A DNA stretch of 64,000 nucleotides from a virus. Taxonomy: Duplodnaviria > Caudoviricetes. The notes under the pieces were generated by a model, which worked only from the letters and a program-made list of their open reading frames with translations, was not told the DNA's origin and searched no databases. The position numbers and the translations under genes were made by a program. Every line of letters starts with the position of its first letter. Position 1 is the stretch's first letter. This document shows positions 28,101 through 37,171 of this stretch, piece by piece. Where the stretch lies: positions 1-64,000 of IMG/VR virus record IMGVR_UViG_3300011862_000001. One strand, 5' to 3'.

Positions 28101-29360
28101 CCGCGTTTTGACTCTGTTGACGGTACCACCGTTAAACGCGATAACATGCAACCGGGCGACCTGTTGTCCTTTATTGATGGTCTTGTGCCGGATACCTTGA
28201 TGGATGATGCGAAGCGTCAAAACTTCGTTGGGATTCAGATGGGTTCAGCCACCACTTGCGTGGGGGCATCCGTTGCACCCTACCGCACCGAACAGGAGAA
28301 GATGGTGGCGCACCGGACCTCTGTCAAACATGCCCGGGTTATTGATAAACCCGGCAAAGTGACAGCAGTGACCGACGAGTACGTGCGTATTCAGTACGAT
28401 GATAAAACCGAAGATACTTTCCCATTAGGGCGTTGGTTTGGGGCACACGAGGGGACCTTCTATCCTCACACCCTGACCACGAAATGGAAAGCGGGTGACC
28501 GTTTACCGGCAGGCAGCTGCGTGACGTATAACGAGCAGCATTTCGAACCTGACTTACTCGACCCGACTCAGGTGAACCTGAAAAATGCGATTATGGCCAA
28601 CGTGGCATTGATTGAAAGTGAAGAGGTAATTGAAGACTCGAATGCGATAAGTGAGCGGTTCGCTGCTTTAGCACAGTCTGATGTTAGCAAAGTCAAAGAA
28701 GTCACTATCACGTCCACCCAGAATCTGCTTGCATTAGTGAAAGTCGGCGACCATGTAGACGTCGATTCAATCCTATGCACCTTCAGTGACAACTTGAGCG
28801 ACGATATGAACGGGTTTAGCTCAGAGGCCGCAGCAACGCTACAAGAACTCAGTGCGTTCTCTCCACAGGCAGGCGTGCGTGGTCACATCGATAAAATCGA
28901 AGTGGTCTATCACGGCGACCCGGATGATTTCTCACCGTCACTGCAAACCTTGATTAACCAGCATGACCGTCAACGTCGGAAACTGGCTAACGCGCTCGGC
29001 GGGGATATTCCCACCTCGGGTAGCGTAGACGGCGACTACCGCGTTGAGGGTATCCCACTGGCGTATAACAACCTGGTGATTCGCTTTTACGTAACCCACC
29101 GTGTCGAAATGGCCGCAGCGGATAAGATGGTCATTGCGAACCAGTTGAAAACCACGGTGCAGGAAGTAATGCGTGGCACCAACCGTACCGAGAACGGCGA
29201 AGATATCGACATTATCTTTGGTCGTAACTCCGTGGACGCACGTATCGTGGGTTCATTGATGCGTATCGGTACTACTAACGCCGTCGCCCTACGCGGCGGG
29301 AATATGCTTGGCAAGATTCTGGATGGCGAAAATGTTCCTGCGCTGCCAACCAAGCTCTGA
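25197..29360 (+). CDS. virion RNA polymerase beta subunit, large fragment (phiKZ gp178-like)
   Basis: GTWIANG, GTGG, DDAKR, EDSNAIS, DKMVIANQLKTTV and DIDIIFG RpoB-like motifs. Confidence 0.9.
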   Translation: MLLLKQFNQRFSVRKTDEFGKPRIIPLERLQIPRGSTFHTVDLDQTVLAPPASTPYFQELEKPAQVRHHFKLPEDGISGKPIAVPVQGQERAILAYHRANRRFRRLSMSDELVRTDPKVLLIENYTPMLPHYRYPDTMMAWYDRLRNVQVAMTDQLRYDSAEYLRQNYILVNIGSTLPAFDKFKNTYKDRVKTKLERFQSFELLWLLELFGWAIGDQSATLFAGFDMTQLSRINFIFTHNGGFSVMNMGLVEKMRKTAGGRLSDDQMARAFYRTLIHVMTTKPDVAADVEFEDVTGETVAVTTDPVEDDAVDGADAALDDDVQLPEDPVDDFDVKEDVVIDSPKEDVKPTTIVVEKSIDHAAVIKQEVEKLAEAGRVSAKAYKYLNDASERFAAMPNPYNPKETYGEAIRIEAKDIAIKPAQTLRETVVTTQDWTQSSVDAINTKYNKEILPKDILAAVASSQRLGLAIHNHTVEKQVSVTGNVEHHVLRVQPIGGEPVTVRFQVPSLTEDGTWIANGTEYTMRRQRVDVPIRKIDFDTVALTTAYGKNFVRRSDKVVNDYGRWLTNAIIVRAVDPKDTTITDAKLANVFDPLSTLPRQYTMVSRRISTFNAISYSWNFDSKAIPDFFGAEQVKSMTKKELVPVAKGRGGVMLGMDSHSQMYKVTGDKIEPQGTLAEVLSIDVSKTPREMTELSLMGKALSLGFVFSFYLGLTGMMRHFGIRYEILPPGQRIDKTVYDSVFRLSDTKIVAMCDNDKQRMILNGMDKYIKYLTTYTESEVDREDIYLNLIRDADGLTPRYINELRLMRTAFVDDMHARILRKMGEPETFIGLLERSNEMLQNDFTKPEINGDEMMFVGNQRIAYHVYTAIVRAQRNYLNAPGSNRRFELSQDMVWGAINSDPSVLLAPGANPIQTIKEKDVVTMGGTGGRNRKTMVYHTREFPESDLGIVSGNTVDNGDVGITAFLTNNPRFDSVDGTTVKRDNMQPGDLLSFIDGLVPDTLMDDAKRQNFVGIQMGSATTCVGASVAPYRTEQEKMVAHRTSVKHARVIDKPGKVTAVTDEYVRIQYDDKTEDTFPLGRWFGAHEGTFYPHTLTTKWKAGDRLPAGSCVTYNEQHFEPDLLDPTQVNLKNAIMANVALIESEEVIEDSNAISERFAALAQSDVSKVKEVTITSTQNLLALVKVGDHVDVDSILCTFSDNLSDDMNGFSSEAAATLQELSAFSPQAGVRGHIDKIEVVYHGDPDDFSPSLQTLINQHDRQRRKLANALGGDIPTSGSVDGDYRVEGIPLAYNNLVIRFYVTHRVEMAAADKMVIANQLKTTVQEVMRGTNRTENGEDIDIIFGRNSVDARIVGSLMRIGTTNAVALRGGNMLGKILDGENVPALPTKL

Positions 29361-29414
29361 CACACACCCAGGCGGGTCGCTCCCGCCCGGTCTTCTCACT
29401 CCCGGAGTTTATAA

Positions 29415-29705
29415 ATGAGCATCTTAGATGACATCCGTGCACGGCACAATATCCCGAAGCGTAGCAATACGCAGGCGCAAGAGACTGACAGCTTCTCGCC
29501 GACCCAGCGTATGAACGCGGTGACCATGGCAAACACTGTTGAACTGACCACGGAAATCATTCATGGTCTGTTGAAAGGTGGCAACGGTCTCAGCAGCACC
29601 GTTGGCGATCAGCGTTTGCTGAAACGCGATATCGCGGCCATGGTGGGTAACCGCTTAACCGCGCGTATCATGGACGTGGCGAGCACTGAAGGAGGTCGCG
29701 CGTGA
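29415..29705 (+). CDS. small virion-associated protein (putative)
   Basis: 96-aa ORF with GGAG SD in the structural operon. Confidence 0.7.
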   Translation: MSILDDIRARHNIPKRSNTQAQETDSFSPTQRMNAVTMANTVELTTEIIHGLLKGGNGLSSTVGDQRLLKRDIAAMVGNRLTARIMDVASTEGGRA

Positions 29706-31159
29706 TTAACCAGTTCTCTTTAAATGCCTGTACTAACGGGCTGACGCTGTTAAAGCAGCATAACCTGCGCTTGTCTGCGGATGTGGATTCACCGATTGCG
29801 GTGTTGAACAAAGCCACTAACCAGCAATCTGTGATGGACTCGACCATTACCGATGAGCAGTTCTACCAACAGCTGCCGAATATCACTGCGCTGAGACAAC
29901 CAGTGCAGGGTAACGATGAAGCCTCGGTGATTACTGACGGCGCAGCCGGTGCAACGGTCCTGAACGTGGAAGACCACGAACCGACCCTGTTCGAACTGAA
30001 AAAGATGGCCATTGGTCAATGCCAGGGTCTGCTGGACTTCGCGCGTAACGTGGCCCAGCCGTTTATTCAGGAAGTCGTTAAGAACAACGACATCAAACCG
30101 ATGGAAGGGGTAAAAGAAGACTGGGCACTGGTGCCGGTTGATATTGACCCGGCCATTAACGAACCGGTTGTGCAGGCGTTCATTAATCGTCTGGATAATC
30201 CGGCAGGTGCGGGCTTTACCCACGACCGTATCGATGCGCGTGTTCCTGACTCCGTTGAAGTGCCGGAAACCGGTAAAGCGTCTTACGACCGTTTGGTGGG
30301 TAAGCTGCTGACCGAACTCGGTTGGACGGTGAGTGAAGCACTGCGTGAAATGGTTGAGCCGATGACCGTGGTACCGAACTCTGATAAAGCGCCGAGCTAC
30401 GTGAAGCGCCATATCTTGTTCATGCTGCTGTCTGCGTACTACCTGGAAAATCCATGGCCGGACTCTGGTCTGTCTTCTGACAAATGGAAAACCCAGTTCA
30501 CCCGTCTGCACTACACGTTAGTGGGCTGGGTGTATCTGTACGCCGAAGCTATCGTGACCCGTGTCAAACTCGGCAACATCGTGTTCTCTTACGATGCGCA
30601 GAACAAGCAGGTCTTTATCTGTCAAGAAGCGATGGATAAATACCTCGAGCAACACGGTACGGTTGAAGCGCTGTTGGGTGCCGTTTACACCATGGACGAC
30701 GGTAATCCGGGCAGTACCCAGATGGATAAGCTGCTGGAAAACCAAGACGTTTATACTCGTGCCTGGTCTGACCGTTCCTCTGTGCGTCGTATGGAAGCCG
30801 ATACCGATTGGCTGCGTACTAACCGTGCAGCACTGAAGACCGCCTTTGCGTTAGCGATTGATGCACTTGACCCGGGTTACCTCGGTGCCGGTGCTGAAGG
30901 TCAGCTGACTCCTGCAATGGCGAAGACCGCAGTGAACGGCGCGATCGACCATCTGTTTACCCGTGCTACCACTGACGTGACGGAGTTCATTATCCGTACG
31001 GCGTGCGGTGAAGTGTTCGGTGAATACGATGCCAGCTCGCTGCTGCTGTCTATCCACCTTGGCATGATTAAAGGCGTGAAACCGGAAGACACGGCAAACG
31101 ACTGGATAATCAACTATGTTCTCGACTGGATGCTGACTGGTATTCTGGTTGAGAAGTAA
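29702..31159 (+). CDS. virion head protein (putative)
   Basis: 485-aa ORF with AGGAGG SD, between the RNAP and protease genes. Confidence 0.7.
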   Translation: MINQFSLNACTNGLTLLKQHNLRLSADVDSPIAVLNKATNQQSVMDSTITDEQFYQQLPNITALRQPVQGNDEASVITDGAAGATVLNVEDHEPTLFELKKMAIGQCQGLLDFARNVAQPFIQEVVKNNDIKPMEGVKEDWALVPVDIDPAINEPVVQAFINRLDNPAGAGFTHDRIDARVPDSVEVPETGKASYDRLVGKLLTELGWTVSEALREMVEPMTVVPNSDKAPSYVKRHILFMLLSAYYLENPWPDSGLSSDKWKTQFTRLHYTLVGWVYLYAEAIVTRVKLGNIVFSYDAQNKQVFICQEAMDKYLEQHGTVEALLGAVYTMDDGNPGSTQMDKLLENQDVYTRAWSDRSSVRRMEADTDWLRTNRAALKTAFALAIDALDPGYLGAGAEGQLTPAMAKTAVNGAIDHLFTRATTDVTEFIIRTACGEVFGEYDASSLLLSIHLGMIKGVKPEDTANDWIINYVLDWMLTGILVEK

Positions 31160-31175
31160 CCAATAGGAGGCGGAC

Positions 31176-31898
31176 GTGAGTATCATCGAATCAGCGCGTC
31201 GTGATCCCACCAAGATTCACGCTGACCTGGTTGACGAAGGCACCGCCACTATTACCAAAGGGGGATGTTATCTTTACATCCCCGTTGGTTTTACCTCGAA
31301 AGAACTGGCCTTTATTTCGTCGACCGTAGAGATTGTGGGGCTGTTTGCAATTTCAACCGACCGAAAAACTTACGGGGTGTCGAACGTAACGACGTTCATT
31401 GAAATTACCCCGTCGTCGTTTGAAGAAGTGGATGTTGCCGGCGAACCTTATTACGAGTTCCGCTTTGACCCCGGTACGGTGGTATTCCCCAACCGGTTGC
31501 TCCAAGTGATATCCAACCCGGTGTATAACCTGGCCTCGTACATCTTTGACTTTGGTAACCGTCCGTTTTGGTTTAGCCCGATAGAAGATGCCGAGCTCTT
31601 TTCCGATACCCCGTTTTGGAACGGTTTTAAGGTCTTTGCGGACCAGATTACCGCAGACTGTTACGCAGCGCACACCCAACGCAAGAAAGGTGACCCGCGT
31701 ACGTTCTTCCGTTATTCGCTGAAGAAGGACAGTGACTTGTTCGGTCCTGTTCAATTTATCCCTCTTCGTGACGGGCCTCTTAACAAAACGTCTCGATTGG
31801 CGAAGCTTGCCGATGTGGAACTGAAGCGCGGGATACGTTCTGCGTTGTCGGTTGATCCGGTACGGGCTGAACCGCTCGAAGATCTCTTCATGCGATAA
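31176..31898 (+). CDS. virion RNA polymerase beta' C-terminal fragment (phiKZ gp176-like)
   Basis: Size, position just upstream of the protease, and a C-terminal LR...KTSRLAKL...L...I segment like RpoC region H. Confidence 0.65.
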   Translation: MSIIESARRDPTKIHADLVDEGTATITKGGCYLYIPVGFTSKELAFISSTVEIVGLFAISTDRKTYGVSNVTTFIEITPSSFEEVDVAGEPYYEFRFDPGTVVFPNRLLQVISNPVYNLASYIFDFGNRPFWFSPIEDAELFSDTPFWNGFKVFADQITADCYAAHTQRKKGDPRTFFRYSLKKDSDLFGPVQFIPLRDGPLNKTSRLAKLADVELKRGIRSALSVDPVRAEPLEDLFMR

Positions 31899-31906
31899 GG
31901 AGCAGT

Positions 31907-32710
31907 ATGGAAAATTTATCGATGCGCTACAACTGCGTAGCGCTAGCCGGGGTTAACCAAGGGGCAACCCTGAAGAAGGATGCCGACGGGTATTACTACG
32001 TTCTGCTCGGTGCACTGAACATTTTCAACTCGGAAGGTATCTTCTATGCCTTTAACGAATCGAAGCACGTCTTCGACCGTTCGAGTGTGTTCATGCGCAA
32101 AGTGCAGGCCGGTAATCTGTTTGGTGAAGAAGACCACCCGCCGTATGTGCAGGGCATGTCGGACGCTGCCTGGATTGAGCGTAACGAATGGATTGAAACC
32201 AAGAACGTCTGTATGCACATTCGTGAAGTTGAGCTGAAGCCAACTGACCAGGTGTGTAACGGTCTGCCGGTGGTGGAAATCTGGGGTTGGATTAAGCCGA
32301 ACCGTGAACGTGGTCCACTGTTGGCCGAAGCGCTGGAAAACCCGCATCAGAACGTCTGCTTCTCACTGCGTGGTATTGTGAACGAAGGGCGTGTGAACGG
32401 TGTGTGCTGCCGTCGTCTGAATAAACTGGTCACCTTTGACTGGGTTATTGAAGACGGTCTGCAAATCTGCAACAAATACTCGGCGATTCAACGTGGCAGT
32501 AAAGTGGCCCGTGAATCCACCCGTACGTTCGTTGACCGTCCTATCTCACGTCAGACGCTCGAAGATATCCTGTTCAGGGAAGAAGCGACCTCGGCGGTGG
32601 CAACGGAATCACGCCGTGGTCAGTTAAAAGACCTTGCACGCGAATACCTCGGTTACACCGAAGCGCGTTCAAATCTTCGCGTCTTGGGACTTGGCTCAGG
32701 GAAATGGTAA
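31907..32710 (+). CDS. prohead serine protease (phiKZ gp175-like)
   Basis: GEEDHP (His), FSLRG (Ser) and TFDWV; C-terminal VARE-S and VATE-S candidate autocleavage sites. Confidence 0.88.
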   Translation: MENLSMRYNCVALAGVNQGATLKKDADGYYYVLLGALNIFNSEGIFYAFNESKHVFDRSSVFMRKVQAGNLFGEEDHPPYVQGMSDAAWIERNEWIETKNVCMHIREVELKPTDQVCNGLPVVEIWGWIKPNRERGPLLAEALENPHQNVCFSLRGIVNEGRVNGVCCRRLNKLVTFDWVIEDGLQICNKYSAIQRGSKVARESTRTFVDRPISRQTLEDILFREEATSAVATESRRGQLKDLAREYLGYTEARSNLRVLGLGSGKW

Positions 32711-33325
32711 ATGGCGGAATATGACTCATCTTTAGAGCGGTGGTTTGAAAACCAAATGCCCAAGGTCGCTAAAAAGCTGGCCTTGAAAAACGTGGCGACA
32801 CCGCCGCTCCACGTTGGTGGAAAAGTGCGCAGCTTCGCACCGCGTTTGCCGAATAACCCGGCCCCGGGTGAAGACCAAACGATTCCACGTATCTGTTGCT
32901 CGTTGTCGATTAAAAGCTGTTGTGTGGGCGCACGCCATAATTTCCAGTTCGCTAACGAGAACCCCCGACTGTATCTCTACTCGTTCCTGGAACGCAGTGT
33001 GGTGCAACCATCGGTGGAGGTGACGAAAGAACCGAATCGTGCAGGGGAGGTCTGGATTGTTCCCCATCGGATGGCCAACTGGGACATTACACCGCGAGTA
33101 GTCGGTGAGATGCGCCTCGTTAAAATGGCCGAGCAGTACACCCGCCTGACTTACGTTATGCTGGTATCGGAACCCGTTATCTGGGATGAGAGTCTGACTC
33201 TTAAACCTGACACGGCCTATCAATTCACGGTGCGCTGGACGCCGAACGTCACCTTTACGGTACCGACGCCGGTTGACATCAGTTGCTACCATCAAGCCTT
33301 AGCGGAGTACACTGTCGCCCCATAG
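32711..33325 (+). CDS. virion protein, possible ADP-ribosyltransferase-like fold
   Basis: LH...F.PR.P...GED..IPRICCS...GEVWI pattern. Confidence 0.55.
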   Translation: MAEYDSSLERWFENQMPKVAKKLALKNVATPPLHVGGKVRSFAPRLPNNPAPGEDQTIPRICCSLSIKSCCVGARHNFQFANENPRLYLYSFLERSVVQPSVEVTKEPNRAGEVWIVPHRMANWDITPRVVGEMRLVKMAEQYTRLTYVMLVSEPVIWDESLTLKPDTAYQFTVRWTPNVTFTVPTPVDISCYHQALAEYTVAP

Positions 33326-33372
33326 TGCCAGTTCGTGGTCTGCAAATCACCACTTGCACCTGGAGGCATTGC

Positions 33373-33669
33373 ATGAAAGTTGTAAACATCACCATACCTC
33401 CATCCCTCACTGCCCTGACCCCTGATGAGTTAAAAGCGCTGGCGCTGGAAGCAATTCACGGTCGGGCAGGTAAAGATGTGTTGGCTACCATTTTGGCTGA
33501 GCGGTTGGATACGAAACGTAAAATCAACAATGTGATAGCAGCGCTGTCGCAGCAGGATTTAACCGAATTGTATCTGGCACTACGCCAAGCCGGTGTAGAA
33601 ATCGACTACACCAAAACCTTTTTCTTACTGACTGAGTCCTACCGCAACATCCTCGCTGTAAAACAGTGA
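33373..33669 (+). CDS. hypothetical protein
   Basis: ATG 33373 with GGAGG SD. Confidence 0.7.
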   Translation: MKVVNITIPPSLTALTPDELKALALEAIHGRAGKDVLATILAERLDTKRKINNVIAALSQQDLTELYLALRQAGVEIDYTKTFFLLTESYRNILAVKQ

Positions 33670-33670
33670 G

Positions 33671-33697
33671 TTTTTTACGTTAGCCAACTTTAGTGTG
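33671..33697 (+). promoter_or_regulatory. putative middle promoter
   Basis: TTTTTTAC-N15-TGTG. Confidence 0.6.
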
Positions 33698-33720
33698 AAC
33701 GTGAATAATAAGGACAAACC

Positions 33721-34272
33721 ATGTTGTATCTTGATAGCGACGGACTTTTTGCTCATTGGCGATCTTACGTACTCTCGAAATACTTTCCCCACCTGTGCGC
33801 TCAGGAGTTTAATCAGCTCCCGGAATTACGGCGTCGCAGCCTGATGCGGGAAATGTATCGGCGAGAACCAAATTTGTTCTACAACTTGCCACCTAACCTG
33901 GAGATGGTAGCTGTGGTTGAGGAAGCAGAACGGTTGTGTATTCCATGGTGTATTCTGACCTCCGGGGCAGAGGACCACTTTGATCACGCTTTAGTGGTGG
34001 AGAGTAAACAGCTTTGGTTCGACAAACATTTCGGTATACCTGCCTCAAAAGTCACTGTGACCGAAAGCTCGGCACAGAAAAAGAACTTTGCGGGCCGAGG
34101 ACGATTACTTGTTGATGACTACGGTCGTAACTGTCGTGAGTGGGCGCTGGGCGGTGGAACAGCTTTTTGGACTCGTTCTGAAAAACCTAATCCACAAGTT
34201 CTGGTTCGCCATATTGGACGCTTTGCCGATGCGCCTTACGAGGACAGCGGTTGCATCCTACAAATTCAGTAA
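33721..34272 (+). CDS. HAD-superfamily 5'(3')-deoxyribonucleotidase-like protein
   Basis: YLDSDG, ILTS, K..W, KK and LVDD motifs. Confidence 0.8.
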   Translation: MLYLDSDGLFAHWRSYVLSKYFPHLCAQEFNQLPELRRRSLMREMYRREPNLFYNLPPNLEMVAVVEEAERLCIPWCILTSGAEDHFDHALVVESKQLWFDKHFGIPASKVTVTESSAQKKNFAGRGRLLVDDYGRNCREWALGGGTAFWTRSEKPNPQVLVRHIGRFADAPYEDSGCILQIQ

Positions 34273-34356
34273 CCCCTCAGGGTGGCCACGTTCCTTACCG
34301 GGAATGGGTCACCCTGCTTTACTTTATGCGCACCCCTGTTCTAAAATATTTGAGAT

Positions 34357-34373
34357 AGATATTATTTTAGTGA
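34357..34373 (+). promoter_or_regulatory. putative early promoter
   Basis: AGATATTAT-N5-TG. Confidence 0.65.
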
Positions 34374-34416
34374 ACCTACAGCAGTAAGTTCTTTATCGAC
34401 TATCAAGGAGCACATC

Positions 34417-35088
34417 ATGACACCATCTGAAGTTCGTTTACTTTCCGAAAAAGTCATCCGTCACTTTTATGACTTTTATCGCTATACCGATTCCGCGCAT
34501 CGCATCGACCATATTCGTGCGGTGATTTCTAACGTGATACGGCTTTGCTATATGCAAGGTTGGCAAGAGCATTTGAAGTTAGCTATCATTGCTGCCGGTG
34601 CGCATGATATCTACTCAACCAAAGATTTGCGTGCGCAACACCACATCAAAGGTTTTACCTGGGTGCTTGATAACGCACCCGTGATGATGCGTAAGTATAA
34701 GCTGACCAACGATGACTGCTACACGATAGCGTATGCGGTGTTAGAGCATCGCGGTTCATTTAAAGGTCAGTACAACGGTATCGTCTCCGAGATAGTGGCT
34801 GCGGCTGACCGTGGCATTCCGTCTGTGGAAGATGTCCTTGCTTATCTCTCGCGCAGTTATCTGTACGCGCGGGATAACGAAGGGAAGAGCATTAGCAATG
34901 CGAAGTTCCATGCGGTGAATCACATCCAGGATAAATTCGGTCGCAATGCGTATTCCAAAGTGCCTGATTGGTATAATCGTTTATTCGATGACCAGTTGTG
35001 CAAACGTACCGCCGTTATCGAAACCCTCGATATCGGTATCTTTACACCGGCTCTGATTGAAGAGCTGGAACAACGACTCTTAAAGTAA
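34417..35088 (+). CDS. HD-domain metal-dependent phosphohydrolase
   Basis: H...H, AHD, HH, EH and AAD motifs. Confidence 0.82.
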   Translation: MTPSEVRLLSEKVIRHFYDFYRYTDSAHRIDHIRAVISNVIRLCYMQGWQEHLKLAIIAAGAHDIYSTKDLRAQHHIKGFTWVLDNAPVMMRKYKLTNDDCYTIAYAVLEHRGSFKGQYNGIVSEIVAAADRGIPSVEDVLAYLSRSYLYARDNEGKSISNAKFHAVNHIQDKFGRNAYSKVPDWYNRLFDDQLCKRTAVIETLDIGIFTPALIEELEQRLLK

Positions 35089-35108
35089 CCATTAAGGAAT
35101 ATTATATC

Positions 35109-35618
35109 ATGTCTAAAGTTGTCTCTGTAAAAGATCTTATCGCTGCCCTGAACGCTGACGCTGCTGAAGGTAAAATTGAGCTGGACAAAGAATTCGACTA
35201 CAGCCCGGAAAGCAAAGCGAAGCTGGTTGGCGAATTCTCCAAAGCGATGCCGACTATCAAAGTTGAGCCGAATGAAAAAGGTGAGCATCAACTCACCATC
35301 GACAACATGAACACGCTGGACAAATACCGTGCGAACTTCCACGAAGCGCTGGGTACCATTACCGCGCCGCTGGTAGCCGCTGCGGCAAAAGCTGACCCGG
35401 AACTGGGTGCGATGGAAGCGAAGCTGGAAGTGGGCGATACCGTGTTCTCCACTGCCTGGGCACGTCCGACTGGTGATGCGCCGACGCAGAAAGAATACGC
35501 CGCCTCCATTGGCTTTGGTTACAGTACACCGAAGAACAGTGCGCTCGGTGGTAAGATTGCTCGCGAATTCGCGAAGAACTTCCTCGAGCAGGAAGAAGAT
35601 GAAGAAGACGAAGAATAA
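35109..35618 (+). CDS. hypothetical protein, acidic C-terminal tail, probably abundant
   Basis: Strong SD, highly biased codons, EEDEEDEE terminus. Confidence 0.8.
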   Translation: MSKVVSVKDLIAALNADAAEGKIELDKEFDYSPESKAKLVGEFSKAMPTIKVEPNEKGEHQLTIDNMNTLDKYRANFHEALGTITAPLVAAAAKADPELGAMEAKLEVGDTVFSTAWARPTGDAPTQKEYAASIGFGYSTPKNSALGGKIAREFAKNFLEQEEDEEDEE

Positions 35619-35642
35619 TCGTCTGTCTTAATAACGCAATAG

Positions 35643-35670
35643 GGTGGTCTTATGACCACCTTATTTTTTT
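35643..35670 (+). terminator. terminator
   Basis: GGTGGTC-TTAT-GACCACC followed by a T run. Confidence 0.8.
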
Positions 35671-35687
35671 GATCCAGGAGTAACAAA

Positions 35688-36239
35688 ATGGATTCCATGT
35701 TAGCACAAGGCTTACCGGTTAATAGCACGTCCACCACGGATGAACTTGCCTGCACCTATGGCCGTACAGAACTGATTGGCCGTATCGGTGTGTTGGCTGA
35801 AACGCATCTGTTGGCATTAAAGAACGTTGTCGACGAAGAAGTCTTTGAAGGCGTGTGTGATTTCCCGGTAGAACTGATTGGTCAAACCGTCAACGGTTAC
35901 CAACGTTTTCTGGCAGAGCTCGGTAACGGTAAAGAAACCGCTCAGGTTGTGGCCGGGATGATTATCCGTATGCGTGCCGCCCTGCTGTATGAATTCGGCC
36001 CGGATACCTTACGTCGTCTTCAGGCTGAGCTTATCGGCTTAACCTCAAGCCAGTTAGAAGAAGCGGTGTCACGTCGTGATATCGACTCCCTGTGGAGTGT
36101 GGCGAACCCGACCTTGCGTCAAGCCGAAATCAGTCGCAGCTGGGACTTGTTAGCGACCTTCTTATTTATCAGCCATGCTAAGTGGTTGCTGGTACGCGCT
36201 GCCGCTGCCATGGAGCCTGACCAGAAGACAAAAAAATAA
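35688..36239 (+). CDS. hypothetical protein
   Basis: 183-aa ORF with AGGAG SD. Confidence 0.75.
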   Translation: MDSMLAQGLPVNSTSTTDELACTYGRTELIGRIGVLAETHLLALKNVVDEEVFEGVCDFPVELIGQTVNGYQRFLAELGNGKETAQVVAGMIIRMRAALLYEFGPDTLRRLQAELIGLTSSQLEEAVSRRDIDSLWSVANPTLRQAEISRSWDLLATFLFISHAKWLLVRAAAAMEPDQKTKK

Positions 36240-36287
36240 TAAGGCAACCCACTCCCGAAGGAGTGGGTCAACCTTTATTTTTTTTTT
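36230..36287. terminator. bidirectional terminator
   Basis: ACCCACTCC-CGAA-GGAGTGGGT with A and T runs, between convergent genes. Confidence 0.85.
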
Positions 36288-36289
36288 GC

Positions 36290-37168
36290 TTAACCACGCA
36301 TCTGGTTGTTCATGAACTCATCAGACACGGTATTGAAACCGCCTGCGGTTGCGTTCACATCCGGGTTGATACCGTCAACCTGCTGCGATGGCGTCAGCCA
36401 CAGCTTACGGGTCATCGGACGCAATCCGTACAACTTCATGCGTTCCAGTTCAGACTGGGCAGCCTGCATCGGGCCCCAACCAGTCCATTGCTGGCTGGTG
36501 AAGCTGATGGACAGTTCGTTAGTCTGCGGCCCGGTGTTCGGGTCACGCTCGCCAATATCCTGACCTGCTGTTTCTGGAATCATGTTGGTCAACCACCAGG
36601 CGTTCTGCGCTTTACGCTGATACGCATCCGGTTCGATATACAGCACGGTCATGCTGTACATATCCGGCAGGTGGTCTGGCACGTTCGGGTTGATTGCCGC
36701 AATACCCGGGTGACCGGTTTGCGGATCAGACAGCCCATAAATCAGCCACGCTGTCAGCATGTTCTGGAACACCTTACCGTATTTATCCGGCGTGGTGTGC
36801 GTTACAGAAGACAGTGCTTCGGTAACCAGACCTGCTTCATACTGCACGCGGTTGTTACGACCCTGTTGGGTCTGTACCGCTTCGTGGCTCAGGGTTTTGT
36901 CCAGACCGGTGATGGTGGTGTGAACCTCGATGAAGGACTTAATTGCCTGCCGCCAGATTGACGGGTTCGGCATGTAGTCCACCCAACGAGGGAACTCCAT
37001 CACACGGGCAATGACGTTACGACGCAGACGGTGGGCGTTGGTAACGAACTTGCCAACCTGTCCAACCGGGCCTTGTTGGCCCGAGCTGAATGGGTTAACC
37101 ATGTCGTACTGACCACCGTCAACGTGGAAGCCCTGGTTAGGCTGGATAATACGTTCTTTGATAGCCAT
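36290..37168 (-). CDS. tail tube protein (phiKZ gp30-like)
   Basis: 292 aa directly downstream of the sheath gene; YSMTVLYIEPD...AWWLTNMIP..AG pattern. Confidence 0.8.
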   Translation of the reverse strand: MAIKERIIQPNQGFHVDGGQYDMVNPFSSGQQGPVGQVGKFVTNAHRLRRNVIARVMEFPRWVDYMPNPSIWRQAIKSFIEVHTTITGLDKTLSHEAVQTQQGRNNRVQYEAGLVTEALSSVTHTTPDKYGKVFQNMLTAWLIYGLSDPQTGHPGIAAINPNVPDHLPDMYSMTVLYIEPDAYQRKAQNAWWLTNMIPETAGQDIGERDPNTGPQTNELSISFTSQQWTGWGPMQAAQSELERMKLYGLRPMTRKLWLTPSQQVDGINPDVNATAGGFNTVSDEFMNNQMRG

Positions 37169-37171
37169 TTA

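Noticed and set aside
23564-29360. Introns or inteins in the RNAP subunits or terL, as in some related phages
   Set aside because: Frames are continuous and of expected size; no splicing motifs seen
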